Assembly: GCF_006345805.1 (NCBI RefSeq)
Contig: NC_042999.1
Span: 54,684,001-54,748,000, forward strand
Reading direction: 5' to 3'
Length of the DNA: 64,000 nucleotides
Source: Octopus sinensis
Lineage: Eukaryota
Within the stretch, counting starts at the first letter, position 1, and every line of letters starts with the position of its first letter. Below the pieces are notes generated by a model. It searched no databases. It saw nothing but the letters and a program-made list of their open reading frames with translations, and was not told where the DNA came from. Positions 36,901-51,087 of the stretch are shown in pieces. A program made the position numbers and the translations under genes.

Positions 36901-37699
36901 TTATCTGTCTGTATTTTATTGTATTGTTATCTTTGAGCGCCCAAACCTCCAGAGTTTGGGTTAATCCGCAGGAAATCTATTATATCAAATAAATTTAACT
37001 GCTATTTATAAGTCTAAGTCTTCCGAGAGCCTCGCTCTGATCCAACAACTTGAGAAATAACCTTAGTCAAAAACCTAAACATCTGTCATCATTATATCTG
37101 TGCGGCGCCATTATGAATGCAGTGGGGAGAGGCGGTGAGTGACGGTAGAAAATGCCTAGGGACTTCGTCTGCATGAAAACTAAACAGGGGAGATCAGTTG
37201 TAACATAGCGTAGTTTGTTGAGAAATTTTAATTACAAATACACCTAATATAGGGAGAGATATCATTAGCTTAAGGGTTCATTAGGATCAAGAATGACAGA
37301 CGGAAACAACGATTTTTAAGTAGCGAGGAATAACATATAAAAAGTGAGGCAATAAACCTCCCTTATTTGACAGACTGACAAACGTTTTAGATGCAAACGC
37401 AAGGGATGCTCCCTTTTAAATGTTGATGGTAAATGAAAGGAAACCAGTAAGACATTTGCTATCTGAAGACAGCATTACCATTTGCCTAACTTTATTGGCG
37501 CCACATCAATGACGGTGTCAAAGACGGGAGGTTTCTTTTCGTCTGCCGCACAGTGGAAGATTACGGTATTTTGGGGAATTGGAATGGATAAAATTCAGTC
37601 CGAGCTCGAAACGTCGCGCCAAGAATATCTTCTGTTGTATTTCCATACAGAATATAGTTCTCAGTCACAGAAGCACCTTCCGCAAAAGCTCTATTTATT

Positions 37700-37892
37700 T
37701 CTCTCTCTATCCGCTCAGTCGAAGTCGACTCTCGGTCACTCGTTGGATCAGTGTCCTCCAGTCAGTTCTGTCCTGGGCCGCTTCTTTCAGATTGGCTATG
37801 TCCATTCCGGTATCACTCTTGATGGTGTCAAGCCAGGGAGTTCTTGCTCGGCCTCTTCCTCTCTTGCCACTGACCATTCCGAGCATGATCGG
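37700..37892 (-). mobile_element. RTE (BovB-like) LINE 3' terminus
   Basis: IMLGMVSGKRGRGRARTPWLDTIKSDTGMDIANLKEAAQDRTDWRTLIQRVTESRLRLSG*, a typical BovB-type ORF end; short (AG)n tail. Confidence 0.88.
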
Positions 37893-37942
37893 TCCATCAT
37901 ATGCCGCTGAGATCAGAAACCGCTTCGAACTGCTCGCCATTA

Positions 37943-39028
37943 TATACATACATGTCCGTAGATATTTGTATATATGTAGACACAAACACACATATACTCA
38001 CACGCACACACATATATACTCACACGCGCACAGTTGTACACATCCAACTGTGAGTTGTATGTACACGCACTAACATATAATTCTATGTAAATAGGCATTG
38101 TGGAACAGTCCAAATGGACTTTTAAACAATGCCTGGATGCTCTTCTTTCCAGTTTCGTATTCAGCCATCTGATAAGTGCTGCCTGCAATAATTACTGGTA
38201 CTAAACAGAACAAAGAAATGACGATAAAATTCGATCCCAGGTTAAACTACAGGAGTGAGGAAGCCTTTTTTTAATATTTTTATTTCTTTGTCATTGGATT
38301 ACGGCCACGCTAGAGCAGCGCCTCGGATGGTTTAATCGAAGAAATCGACCGCTGAACTTATTTCTTTTAAGTCTAGTTTTTTTTTTATTTTAAGTTACAG
38401 AAACGTAAACAAGCAGTGGACGGGCTTCCACGCAGTTTCCATCTACCAAATTCATTTACAAAACATTGGTCGACCTGGGGCTTATGGTAGAAGTTACGCC
38501 GTGGGACTGAACCCAAAGCCATGTTGTTGCCAAGCGAGTTTCTTAACCACCAAAGCCATGTCTCGAGCATATAGAACAGATAGGATTGCAGGTAGTACTC
38601 CAGCATGACCTGACCGCTGCTAGTTACCAGAAATTTAAGACTGAGAGAGAAAAAAAGAGAGGAGAAAGACAGAAAGAGAAAGCACTCTTCGCCCATTTAC
38701 TCTGCACTCTCACTAAACCCTTCTTATTATCCCCCACTCTCTCTCTCTCTCTTCTCTCTGTTTCTCTCTCCTTTACGTCATTGTCTATCACTGTTTATTT
38801 TTCTCTCCTCCTCTGTTGACATAAATTATTCATAGAAACTTAAACGGACTATTTATAACTTCAAACCTTAAGTCTTTCCTCGTAACGAAAATATTTCATT
38901 CATAGATGTTTGTGCGTGTGCATACAACTCGCAGTTGGATGTGTACAACTGTGTGCGTGTGAGTATATATGTGTATGTGTGTGGTGTGTGTCTACATATA
39001 TACAAATATCTTCGGATGTGTATGTATA
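37943..39028. repeat. Inverted repeat, ~125 bp arms (37943-38070 and 38912-39028)
   Basis: GCACAGTTGTACACATCCAACTGTGAGTTGTATGTACACGCAC versus GTGCGTGTGCATACAACTCGCAGTTGGATGTGTACAACTGTGTGC. Confidence 0.85.
38278..38562 (-). mobile_element. Family A SINE, degraded
   Basis: CAGTTTCCATCTACCAAA..GGGACTGAACCC. Confidence 0.65.
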
Positions 39029-39029
39029 T

Positions 39030-39069
39030 TATATATGCATACTTATATATATATGTGGGTGTGTGTATG

Positions 39070-39106
<37 letters not shown>

Positions 39107-39160
39107 ATGTATATATATTATATATATATATATATTAGATATATATATATATATAATGAA

Positions 39161-39196
<36 letters not shown>

Positions 39197-39987
39197 AATG
39201 AATGTGGTGTGTGTATATTATATATATATATATATATAATGAATGTGTGTGTGTTGTATTCTATATATAATATTTATATATATATATATATAAAATGAAG
39301 TGTGTGGTATATGTATATATATATTATATAGTATATATATATAAATGAATGTGTGTGTGTGTATATATATATATCTATATAGATATATATATATAAATGA
39401 ATGTGTGTGTATGTAATATATTATATATATATATAATGAATGTGGTGTGTGATATATATATATATATAGAGTATATATATATATATAAATGAATGTGTGT
39501 GTAATATATATATATATAGAATATATATAAATGAATGTGTGTTTGTGTATATATATATATATATATATATATAAATGAATGTGTGTGTGTGTGTATATAT
39601 AAATATATATTATATAAATGAATGTGTGTGTGGGTATATATATATATATATATATATAAATGAATGTGTTTGTGTGTATATATATATATATATATAAATG
39701 AATGTGTGTGTGTGTATATATATATATACTATTATATATATAATATATATATAAATGAATGTGTGGTGTGTATGATATATATATATATAAATGAATTTGT
39801 GTGTGTATATATATATATATATATCTAAAATGAATGTGTGTGTGTGTATATATATATATATAATAAATAATGTGTGTGTGTATATATATATATATATAGA
39901 TATATATATATATTAAATAAATGTGTGTGTGTGTTGTAATATATATATATATATATTATATATAAATAAGTGTGTTGGTGTGTGTAT

Positions 39988-40020
<33 letters not shown>

Positions 40021-40123
40021 TATGTATAATATATATATATATATATATATAAATAAATTGGGTGTGCGATATAATATATATATATATTATATATATATAT
40101 TATAAATGGTGTGTGGTATATAG

Positions 40124-40188
<65 letters not shown>

Positions 40189-40798
40189 GTAGATATAAAT
40201 TGTGTATAGCGATATATATATATATATATTATAAATGTGTGTTGATATATATAAATGTGGGTTGATATAGAGGTATAGAGATAGATTCTAGATAGATAGG
40301 TGATATATAGATATATATATGATATAGAGAGGGATATATATATATATATATATAGATATTGTAATATATATTGTATATAGATATATATATAATAGATAGG
40401 TAATATATAGATATATATATAGTATAGGTATAGATATATATATATATATAGATAATATGTATATATATTATATAGGTAGATATATTGATAGATAGGTATA
40501 TATATATATAGATATGTATATAGATATTATATTGGTAATCTTATATATGTATATATATATATATATGTATATATAGATATATGATATAGAGATATATATG
40601 TATAGATATATATATCGGGATATATATATATATATGTATATATATGATATATAGTATAGTATGTATATATAGATAGAGGTATATATATATATATATGTAT
40701 AGTATGTATATATATATATATGTATATATAGTATAATATATATTATGTATATATGTATCTATATATATATGTATATATATGTATTATTATATATGTAT

Positions 40799-40834
<36 letters not shown>

Positions 40835-40847
40835 GATATATAAATTG

Positions 40848-40889
<42 letters not shown>

Positions 40890-41317
40890 AAATGTGTTTT
40901 GTATATATATATATACTATATATATAAATATATATATAAATGTGTGTATATATAATATATATAGATATATATATATATATAAAATGTGTGTATATATTAT
41001 ATATATATATATAATATATAAAATGTGTGTATTATATATATATATAATATATATATATATAATAAAATGTGTGTATATTATATATATATATATATATATA
41101 TAAATGTGGTATATATACAATATAATATATATATATATAAATGTGCGTATATATATATATATATCAAACTAGTGTGTATATAATATATAGAGATATATAA
41201 ATAAATGGTAATAATATATATATATAGTATAATTAAATAATGTTGTATATAATAATATATATATATATATATATAAATAATGTGATATATTATATTTATA
41301 TATATATATAAATAAAT

Positions 41318-41356
<39 letters not shown>

Positions 41357-41542
41357 GTGTATTATATATATATATAATATATATAAATAAGTGTGTATTA
41401 TATATATATATATAAATAAATGTGTGGATATATATATATATATATATATAAATGAATGTGTGGTATATATATGTGGATATATATATAAATGAATGGTGTG
41501 TATATATATGTGTATATTATATAAATATGAATGTGTTGTGTG

Positions 41543-41592
<50 letters not shown>

Positions 41593-41678
41593 AATGAATG
41601 TTGCGTATATATAATATAAATGAATGTGTGCGTATATAGTATATGTATGTACGCACACACACACACACACACACATAG
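39030..41678. repeat. 2.6-kb AT-rich satellite: ATAAATGAAT(GT)n(AT)n units and degenerate (TA)n
   Basis: Directly visible; dozens of units. Confidence 0.95.
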
Positions 41679-42384
41679 ACTGGAGAAAGGGTTACTATGT
41701 AAATATGTGTTTCCGTGAATGGTCGTCTCAGAAATGAGAATGTGTCTGCGACCTGCCTGAAACAGTGAGTGTTTATAAGGTCTTGTCACAGAAACATTTC
41801 TTGTTTTCTTTTCTTTTACATCTTATTGGAATGGTTGGAATATTTAATGCGCAACAACTACAACAACAACAACAACAAACTGATAGTGCCATTGAAATGG
41901 TTAAAGTCATGGCGCACAAACGACAATATCAGCTGTAAAATATCGCTATTCATTCAGAAAATAGCAACACTGGATCTGCTAGAAATAATAGTGATATTCC
42001 AATCTATTCATTTTCTCATCAGCAACCGATAGTCATTACTGCTTCCAGTCTTAGAACACATAGGCCAGGTTTTCCGGTTTCCCAGGCGTATAAGTAAGCG
42101 TGAACACAACATTCCCCTGAACGGGACGCCAGTGCATTCCCTGGACCGGGAATCGAAACCAGGATATTCCGATCGTGAATGCAACGCCATAACCATTAGG
42201 TCATTTGCATTCGCCCATTCTACTTCCTTAAAAAAGGGAAGGACACATCAGATAGATAATGCACTCCTAGAGACACTATGCGTTTAAAAAGACGGGATGG
42301 TCACAGCTGGAACGCTTTTTTCACAAGGGACCTAGTATGGAGTGCTGATTGAGGTTTCGTCTAGATTTCCTAAATACACTGTTT

Positions 42385-42424
<40 letters not shown>

Positions 42425-43034
42425 GACACACACACACACACATCGCGTTGGCCAATTCTCCTGGGTCATATAGACAATAGACGGAGAGACAAACGGATAG
42501 CTGGATATGTTTTATTTGAAAACACTGTGTTAGTTCTTCAATTCATAAAATAACTACGATTTTTGAATTACTTTCACATATTTAAAAATAGATGGCGCTG
42601 CGCAAGGAAGTTTCTTATGTGTAGTGTCAGAAGCTCTCTTCTAGACCATCCACACATACACTTCATCTGACTGCAGAGTCTTGGTTCGGAAGTTCCCAGA
42701 TTGGTGGCATCAACACAGCATACACAGGCGGACTCTCCTTGACCATGATAATAAAAGATCTGATTCAATTCTAAATAAAGTGTGGACTTTCAGGAAGTAG
42801 AATGAAGTATTCTGACTATCGAAACAAAACAACGTTTATAATTTTACTTTAGTAAGTTAAAACAGGATGTTGTGTTTCTCATTAAAATATGAAGGTCAAC
42901 TCAAAACTATTTAATGAATAGAATCTGAGAATTTCCTTCTAAAACATTATTATGCAAGTTGATAAATTTCTACGAAAATTAAGAAAATGTGTCATAAAAA
43001 TAATTTTTCTCTCTCAGAAAATATATATCGATCG

Positions 43035-43347
43035 GCACTCCTTCGATTATGACGACGAAGGGGCCAGTTGAACTGATTACTGGGGCAGCCTACTCGTGAA
43101 ATTAACATGCAAGTGGCTGAGTACTCCACAGACACGCGAAACCTTAGCGTAGTTCCCAGGGAGATTCAGTGTGACACAGTGTGACAAGGCTGGACCTTTT
43201 GTATTACAAATACGACTCCTTTTTGCCAGCTGAGTGGACTGGAGCAATGGGAAACAAAGGGCCTGGCTCAATGACACAATCCGCCGCCGGGAATCGAACT
43301 CACAATTGTGAGTCGGATACCCTAACCTCTAAGCCATGCGCTTTCAC
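43035..43347 (-). mobile_element. Family C SINE
   Basis: Homologous to 34950-35240. Confidence 0.85.
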
Positions 43348-43453
43348 ACAGAAATCCAGATGTATTTTTTCCTGGTGTTTAGATTCGGCTCATTCTAGAC
43401 TGACAAATATAATGATCAAAGATCGTTGAACCATGTTCATCCTGGTCTTCTAT

Positions 43454-43607
43454 GCACAAGCGTAGCTAGAGTGTGTGCCGCCCTGGGCGGCGCTTCCGTT
43501 TGCCGCACCCGCACCCCACAAAAAACACATTGCCTACAGTAGACCCGAAAGTGCCACTCGATGTGGACCGCCCAGTACCGCTCCCCAACACACAGCTACG
43601 CTAGTGC
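43454..43607. mobile_element. Small GC-rich MITE-like element
   Basis: Imperfect TIR GCACAAGCGTAGCT / AGCTACGCTAGTGC. Confidence 0.5.
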
Positions 43608-44204
43608 TTCTATGGAGCCCTTTCGTACTTCACTCTCGCCCCTCCCCCCCGCCGATTTTTGCCAACCAAATTATCAGAACCTCATGGCTACAGAGTTAAA
43701 TCGTTGGTGTTACCATAATGTTCTGCTAATCTGATAAGCTTGGTTTCTTTATTTCCATTGATTTGTGAATACCCAGTTGTATAATGCGTCGCACGCATAT
43801 TAGTGCAGACACGCAGACATTGGAATTATCATTGCATGAAAACTACGAAAAGGCCATAATCCCAATGATGTCAGGTTGTTAAATAAACACATTCACCCCT
43901 CTGTTACTTCCTGACATTTTATGGTTTATATATTCCTCTCGAAATAATCTCATCGATCGGATCTCCTGGATTTCAGCTGCATGGAACCCTGCCTTATACT
44001 CATCTCTACTGGATTATTATGACGTCTGTTAACCGAGTCCGCTGGAGGAGCTTTATGTGATAGCCACACGATTCTAATATTCCATATATTACACTATAAA
44101 TAGGTGTGTGAGTGTGTGTGTAAAAGAGTAAAGTCTTCCTTCGATCATGAATGATCCTTCTCTTCCATAGCACAAGTCCGAGCAATATCGTTATTGTGGA
44201 AGAC

Positions 44205-44428
44205 CAGCAGTCACCTATGTATACCAGCCCTTCCTCCACACCACTGATGTTATATCCAAGGGAAAGGCAAAGGAGTCGATACAACTTGCCACCATTTCTA
44301 CTGCTGAGTGAACTGGAGCAACGTGAAATAAAGTGTCTTGCTCAAGAACACAACCCGGTCCGGGAATCGAACTGACCATCTCGTGGCTGCGGGCCTGATG
44401 CTCTAACCACTGAGCCATGCGCCTTCAC
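44205..44428 (-). mobile_element. Family C SINE with a different tail
   Basis: Minus-strand head GTGAAGGCGCATGGCTCAGTGGTTAGAGCATC, B box GTTCGATTCC, GTGTTCTTGAGCAAGACAC. Confidence 0.85.
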
Positions 44429-44452
44429 GTGTATGTGTGTGTGTGATATGTG

Positions 44453-44605
<153 letters not shown>

Positions 44606-44625
44606 ACACACACCACACACACACA

Positions 44626-44726
44626 CAAAATAAGCAACAAGAATGACACCGGTAATTTGGTACGATCGTTTCGTAGTACGAAACGATCGTACCAAATTAC
44701 CGGAGTCATTCTTGTTGCTTATTTTG
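44626..44726. repeat. Near-perfect 101-bp palindrome
   Basis: 50-bp arms, 1-nt spacer at 44676, one mismatch. Confidence 0.97.
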
Positions 44727-45415
44727 ATTATAATCACCCCACGGATTTTTATGGATAACACTATACAGAATTCTGGTGCATCTAAATTAAGTACCATATT
44801 CATTTGAATCTAAATTTTTGCTGAACTTTATATATATATATATATATAAAGTAGAATACAAAGAAAGTTTATAATTATATATATATATATTTGTATATAC
44901 GACTATGTCACATGTCTGTGTATGTGAATATATTTGTTTGTGATTTGTGTATTTGTTGGTTGGTGTCATGGCCAATAGTCAATAAAGATATATATCTCAG
45001 TGTAACAAAGACCCACACATAACTTCATAACACCGGTAGGGGCCGGGCCGCCGAGCGAGCAGTGTAATGTTCCTTTTATTTATTCGCACGAGATTGCGCC
45101 GTCCTTCTGATACCTGATCTGTCACCACTGGCTTTAGATCCTCCATCAGATTCGTGACACTCCATAGAGAATGTTGGGCGGGCTGTGATCTATCTTGCCA
45201 CACCAATTACACACACACACACACACACAATGAGATGCTTAGAGAGTAAGTATATATATACATAGACATGTTATGTGGTATTTAAGAATGGCCGTTAACT
45301 GTGAATGTTTGAATGAACTGAAAGAATACATCTACATACAAACAGCTTTCACATCTAAATAAACTCTCCTACACACACGAAGACATACACGTGTGTGTAA
45401 TATATATTCTCCTCT

Positions 45416-45725
45416 GACACTCCGTCGGTTACGACGACGAGTGTTCCAGTTAATTCAATCAACGCTCGTCAAATTAACATGAAGTGGGTGAGCACTCCAA
45501 AGACACCCGCGTACTTTTAACGTAGTTTTCAGAGAGATTCAGCGTAACATAGAATGTGACATGGTTGTACCTTTCTTTTAATCATTGGTGTAACTCATTT
45601 TTGCCAGCTGATTGGACGGGGGGCAATATGAAATAAAGTTCTTGCTCAAGGACATAACGCGCTACCAGGAACCAAACTTGCGATCTTACTATTGTGAATC
45701 GAATATCATTAACCACCAAGCCAAG
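45416..45725 (-). mobile_element. Family C SINE
   Basis: Homologous to 34950-35240. Confidence 0.8.
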
Positions 45726-45929
45726 AAGTGCAAGCTGGTAGAATAATCCATTCTACTATAAGACACAAGGCCTGAAATTTTGAGGGAGGGGGCTAATCGA
45801 TTTCATCTACCTAGAAATTATGAAAGATAAAGTGGACCTCGGCGTAGTTTGAACTTATAATATAAAGACGGACGAAATGCCGCTAAGCATTTTGTCCGAC
45901 GCACTAGCAATTCTGCCTGTTTACCCCCG

Positions 45930-46186
45930 TTCTTTTATCTTAATTGTTTTAGTCATTTGACTGTGGCCATGCTGGATGGAGAACCGCCTTTAGTCGAGCA
46001 AATCGACGCCAGGACTTATTCTTCGTAAGCCTAGTACTTATTCTATCGGTTTCTTTAACCGAACTGCTAGATTACGGGGACGTAAACACACTAGCATCGG
46101 TTGTCAAGCATGCCCACACACACACACACACCACACACACACACACACACCACACACACACACACATACACACACACACACACACA

Positions 46187-46236
<50 letters not shown>

Positions 46237-46412
46237 TACACACACATATACACGACGGGCTTCTCTCAGTTTCCGTCTACCAGATCCACTCACAAGGCTT
46301 TGGTCGGCCCGAGGCTGTAATAGAAGACACTTGCTCAAAGTACCACGCAGCAGGACTGAACCCGAGACCATGTGGTAAGCAAGCAACTTACCACACAGCC
46401 ACTCCTGCGCCT
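45930..46412 (-). mobile_element. Family A SINE, full length, with expanded internal (CA)n(TA)n
   Basis: Ends CACACAGCCACTCCTGCGCC. Confidence 0.92.
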
Positions 46413-46904
46413 ATAATAATAATAATAATAATGATGATGATGATGGCCCTGGTGATTTAACAGAAAATTTATTGTTTATAAATTGACATGAGTATCTCTT
46501 TTAATCATAATTTTGCGACAAAAGAATTTGACACGCTCAGGGAATATAAAGATTTGCTCGTTGTTGTCGGGACGTGTGACATCTCAAGGCGGTAACAATA
46601 CTAGTGATTGTAGGAGCGGTTGGAATGATTTAAAAAAAAAGGAACTGGAAATTATTTGGGAATGATTCCTGGCTTACTTATATCCTTGCAAGAAGTGCAA
46701 AAATTTTGTTTTAACGGATACGTCACACGTATTGAGAAGAGAGCATTGTCGCTGTGAGAACGATAGCCTTCCGTGTAAATAATGCATAATTTTATTTGGT
46801 TTTGTAAATGGTCCGTCTTGTAAATGGTCCGCGGGTGTCGAGAAGACACTCGGTGAGAAATGGAAACAAAACTGAAGGAAGAAGAAAAACTCTTGATAAC
46901 GGTT

Positions 46905-48125
46905 TCAAATTTTATCACAAGGCCAGCAATTTTCGTAACTGATACTTATTTTATCGACCTCGAAAGGATGAAAGGCAAAGTCGACCTCGGCAGAATTTTA
47001 ACTCAGCAAAAAACAAACGAAATGCCGTTAAACTCGGAGTGCTGAAGATCCTGCCCAAGAACACAAAACTAGGATTTAGGAAAAATAGTATAAAGTATCA
47101 TATCCGATGTTTTGATAATTCTGCAGAAACGTTTGAGTCCCAGACTAAACGCCCCGCAATATTTTATTCTGGTTCTTTGCTTTTGGCGCAAATCTTACCA
47201 AGGTCAACTTCATATTTTGTCTTTTCGGGGTCGACAAGAACCAGTCACATACTGCACCCATATCCCCCCACCTCAAAATTGCTGGCCTTGTGCCGAAAAT
47301 TGAAACTCTGACCAATGCGGTGAGCTGGCAGAATCGTTAGCATACCGGACAAAATGCTTAGCGGCATTTCATCCGTTTTTACGTTCTGAGTTCAAATTGC
47401 GTCGAGGTGGAAATTGCCTTATATCTTTTCAGGGTCGATAAAATAAGTACCACTTGGGGTTGATGTAATCAACTTGTCCCCTGCCCGAAAGTTGCCGGGT
47501 TTTGTGCCCAGATTTGATACCAACATTTTATTCTATCGCTTTTTGTAATAGGTTCAAATCACACCAAGATCGACTTTATCTTTTATCTTTCCTGGGTCGA
47601 TAAATAAAGTCCCTAGCTAAAGTGATGGATGGGCGAAATCGTTAGGTTGAACATCTCGCGGTTTTTGTTTCCGCCTCTGCGTTTTGAGTTCAAATTCCGT
47701 CGTGGATAGATTTAATCCAAGGCCCAGTCTAACGCCACCCTTCCTGGTCCCTTTCGATAGGATCAGCCGGATCAATTTAGTTGTAAACATTTGGAGCCAG
47801 GTTTCGGATGTGACCTTCCTTCCACAATCGTCTATGGCCCTGGAAACAGTTATGGAGGCCGGCCTTTCCTCCTCTCTAAGTGATATTTCTTACACTAAGG
47901 CGACGAGCTGGCAGAATCATTACTGCGCCGGATGAAATGCTAGGCAACATTTCGTCCGTCTTGATCTTCTGAGCTTAAATTCCGCGGAGGTCGACTTTGC
48001 CTTTCATCTTTTCGGGGGTCGATAAAATAAGTACTAATGAAACAGTGAGGGGGGGCGATGATATCGACTTAGCACCCCCACCCCCACCCCCTTTTGGCCT
48101 CGTCCAAAAGTTTGGAACCATTTCT
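46905..48125. mobile_element. Cluster of at least five diverged family B SINE copies and fragments
   Basis: Cores at ~46950 (-), 47200, 47400, 47570 and 47990 (+). Confidence 0.75.
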
Positions 48126-48189
48126 TTATTTAAGTGTTCATTTATTCCTCGAAAGTTGTTGCTTTTAAAACTATTACATGACTTTAGTA

Positions 48190-48490
48190 TCACCACACCA
48201 CCGCCTACTACCACACAACGCCATCACTACAACGTCACGACTACTACTACTACTACTCCGTTACATAACATCATGTAGCGCTAGTACTATTACCGCCACC
48301 ACACTACACCGCCGCCACCACTACACCGCCGCCGCCGCCACCACCACGACACCACCAGCACCACCACCAATATTACTACTATACATGACCACCCTCATCT
48401 GCTGCACCACTTCCCATACTATCTCACACGCACACACTGCCACAGCCCCCCACCCTACCATACTATCACCACCATCACCGCCACCGTTGT
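48190..48490. repeat. Degenerate (CAC/TAC/CGC)n low-complexity tract
   Basis: Directly visible. Confidence 0.85.
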
Positions 48491-48925
48491 TACCTTCGAA
48501 TATGAATGACCCTCCCTATATGACCTCCACTAAAATACAGGCATGTACTATCTATGAAGTCAACTCCGCTGACATCATGCCTTGACTAATTGTTTGCCAG
48601 ATATCGCCTTAGTTTATCATTTAACCGCCGGTGTTGGATTGCACTGTGTTTTATTTATTAGACTAACAATACCACCGACTGCACCGCTACCGCCACCTCT
48701 ACCCTCCTTGGCGATGGTGGTGGTGGTGGTGGTGGTGTTTGGTAACCGACACAGGGTGGACACTCGTACACTGGATCTACCCATTTACTCAAGGGTGGAC
48801 ACTTAAGACAATGATGGACTCAAGTTATCTCTTCAATGAAAGAACAAAGATCAACCAAATTTAATCTTGTATCACCATCATCATCATCATCGTCATCATC
48901 CGTCTGTCTTTGCAACCACCCATCC

Positions 48926-49160
48926 TTATTTCTTTATTACACAAAAGGGGTTAAACTTAGAGGGGACAAACAAGGACAGACAAACGGATTAAGTCGATTA
49001 CATCGACCCCAGTGCGTAACTGGTACTTATTTAATCGACCCCGAAAGGATGAAAGACAAAGTCGACCTCGGCGGAATTTGAACACAGAACGCAACGGCAG
49101 ACGAAATACTGCTAAGCATTTCGCCCGGCGTGCTAACGTTTCTGCCAGCTCGCCGCCTTA
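48926..49160 (-). mobile_element. Family B SINE monomer with 18-bp TSD
   Basis: CTTTGCAACCACCCATCC at 48908-48925 and 49161-49178. Confidence 0.95.
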
Positions 49161-49672
49161 CTTTGCAACCACCCATCCGTCTACCCACCCATCTATCTCT
49201 TACTGTGTACAGCACTCCGCATATACCACTCCACCCTCAGTGTCCTAAATCAATCAATAATCACACCCCACCCATCGTCCTCTATCAGGACCTTTACTAA
49301 GATTATCACAAGACGCTTACCGTTCATCCCCACCGTGGGACGGTTCCCAGATCAAGCCGTGACGAAGAAATTCTTTGAAACGTAATAAAATTTTCCTCGA
49401 TCCTAGTGCTTAGGCTCTGACCAACCATGATCCAGCTGACCTGTGGTTAAAGATGTTCTTTGCGACCAAGGACAATTTCTTGCGGGAATATTATGTAGCA
49501 CATACACGCACGCGCGCACATAGATGCACACACACGCACACATATATATATACATACGCACACACGTGCAGGCATCACATACATACACACACATATGTCC
49601 ACACGTCCACGCCCGTCCACACATAGGCAATCTCACCTTCTTACACGACAGAACGCACGCATCCATTTCCAA

Positions 49673-49714
<42 letters not shown>

Positions 49715-50670
49715 TTTGTTTTTATTTTCAGCTATCATAAAAACAACTTTACATTAATCTGGAGGGTTACTCTATACTTTTGTAGAGTACAAATTTATTA
49801 TCCTTAAACAAGAATATTATTAACAGTGACAGTCTCTCTCTCTCTCATTCTCTCACTATATATGTGTATGTGTGCGCTGTGGATATGCTCGTTCAATCAT
49901 AAGTTATCAACCAAACTTTTTTCTGAGTATTTTTACGTTTATCACCGAATAACCTTACGGAATTACCCGAACTGTTCGTATTCTACATATTAGGGAAATA
50001 TATAGATGCATGGGTGTGTGCACGTGTTTCTAATATAAGAATGCGTGTATGCGTATGTTTATATGTTGGTTAATACATGTGCGTGCGGCAACCAGCAAAA
50101 CATAAAAAATTTCCCTATTGAAATGTAACTGCCGAGTAATCTAAACCAATACGTTTCATATTTCAAACCGCCGTTGCTGTCGTGAACCCCCCTCTCTCTC
50201 TCTCTCTCTCTCTCTCCCCTTCCACCATCCCTACTGGATACAGGTCATGTCTCCTTCTTCACGACATCTCGTATTTTAGTCCACCCGATACGGCCATAGA
50301 ACGCAGGCTACCTTTTACTTAAATAGCACTGGTTCAATATTCCCACGGAGCATAAGAGTTCATGTTGATACACTTAATGCCCCGTTACATTATGAAGGAC
50401 CTTGTCATGTGGAACTATTTTGGGAAATCGGAGTGGAATTAATTTCAAGGGTAAATTTAACCTTTGAATTCTTACCGGGGGTTGTTAGCTAATATTTCTG
50501 GGGTACAAATAACGAAATACAGAGATTCCCTGGGTTTATATTTGCGAAGGATGTCGAAACTGGTTATAGGAAATTTCGCCATAAACACTTTTGCCGTAGG
50601 AAAATTCACAGTAAGAAATTTCGTTTTAAATTATCTGTTAGCGGTATTTAATGATAAACATTGAATAAAG

Positions 50671-51087
50671 AGATCTTTTCGGTTTGAACGGCAGTTTTTT
50701 CTAGCGGTGTCATATGAAATTGTCACCCATAATTATGACCCTAATATCGATCTATTGCATTTCAATCTGTTTTAGGGTTAGGGTTAGGGGTGGGGGGAAG
50801 GGTATCTTTTTTTCTTCAGAAATGTAAATAAACCCAATCTGTTTCTTAAACGAGGGACATACTCATACGGCACAGAATGCTTTCAACTCAATAGACGTCA
50901 TTGGTTGGTTGAAATTGCAGAAATTGAAAAAAAAAACCCAAATATCTTACAAGCTATAGAATTTTCTCAATAAAGCCAAGAGAAAAAAAATGTTTTATAA
51001 ACACATTCTACTAGTATACGAAGTTTAAAAGTGTTTAGTTACGTGGAAATTATTTTTTAAAAACTGCCGTTCAAACCGAAAAGATCC
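50671..51087. mobile_element. Young MITE, ~29 bp TIR, 8-bp TSD, internal TTAGGG repeats
   Basis: AGATCTTTTCGGTTTGAACGGCAGTTTTT / AAAAACTGCCGTTCAAACCGAAAAGATCC; TSD GAATAAAG (50663-50670, 51088-51095). Confidence 0.93.
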
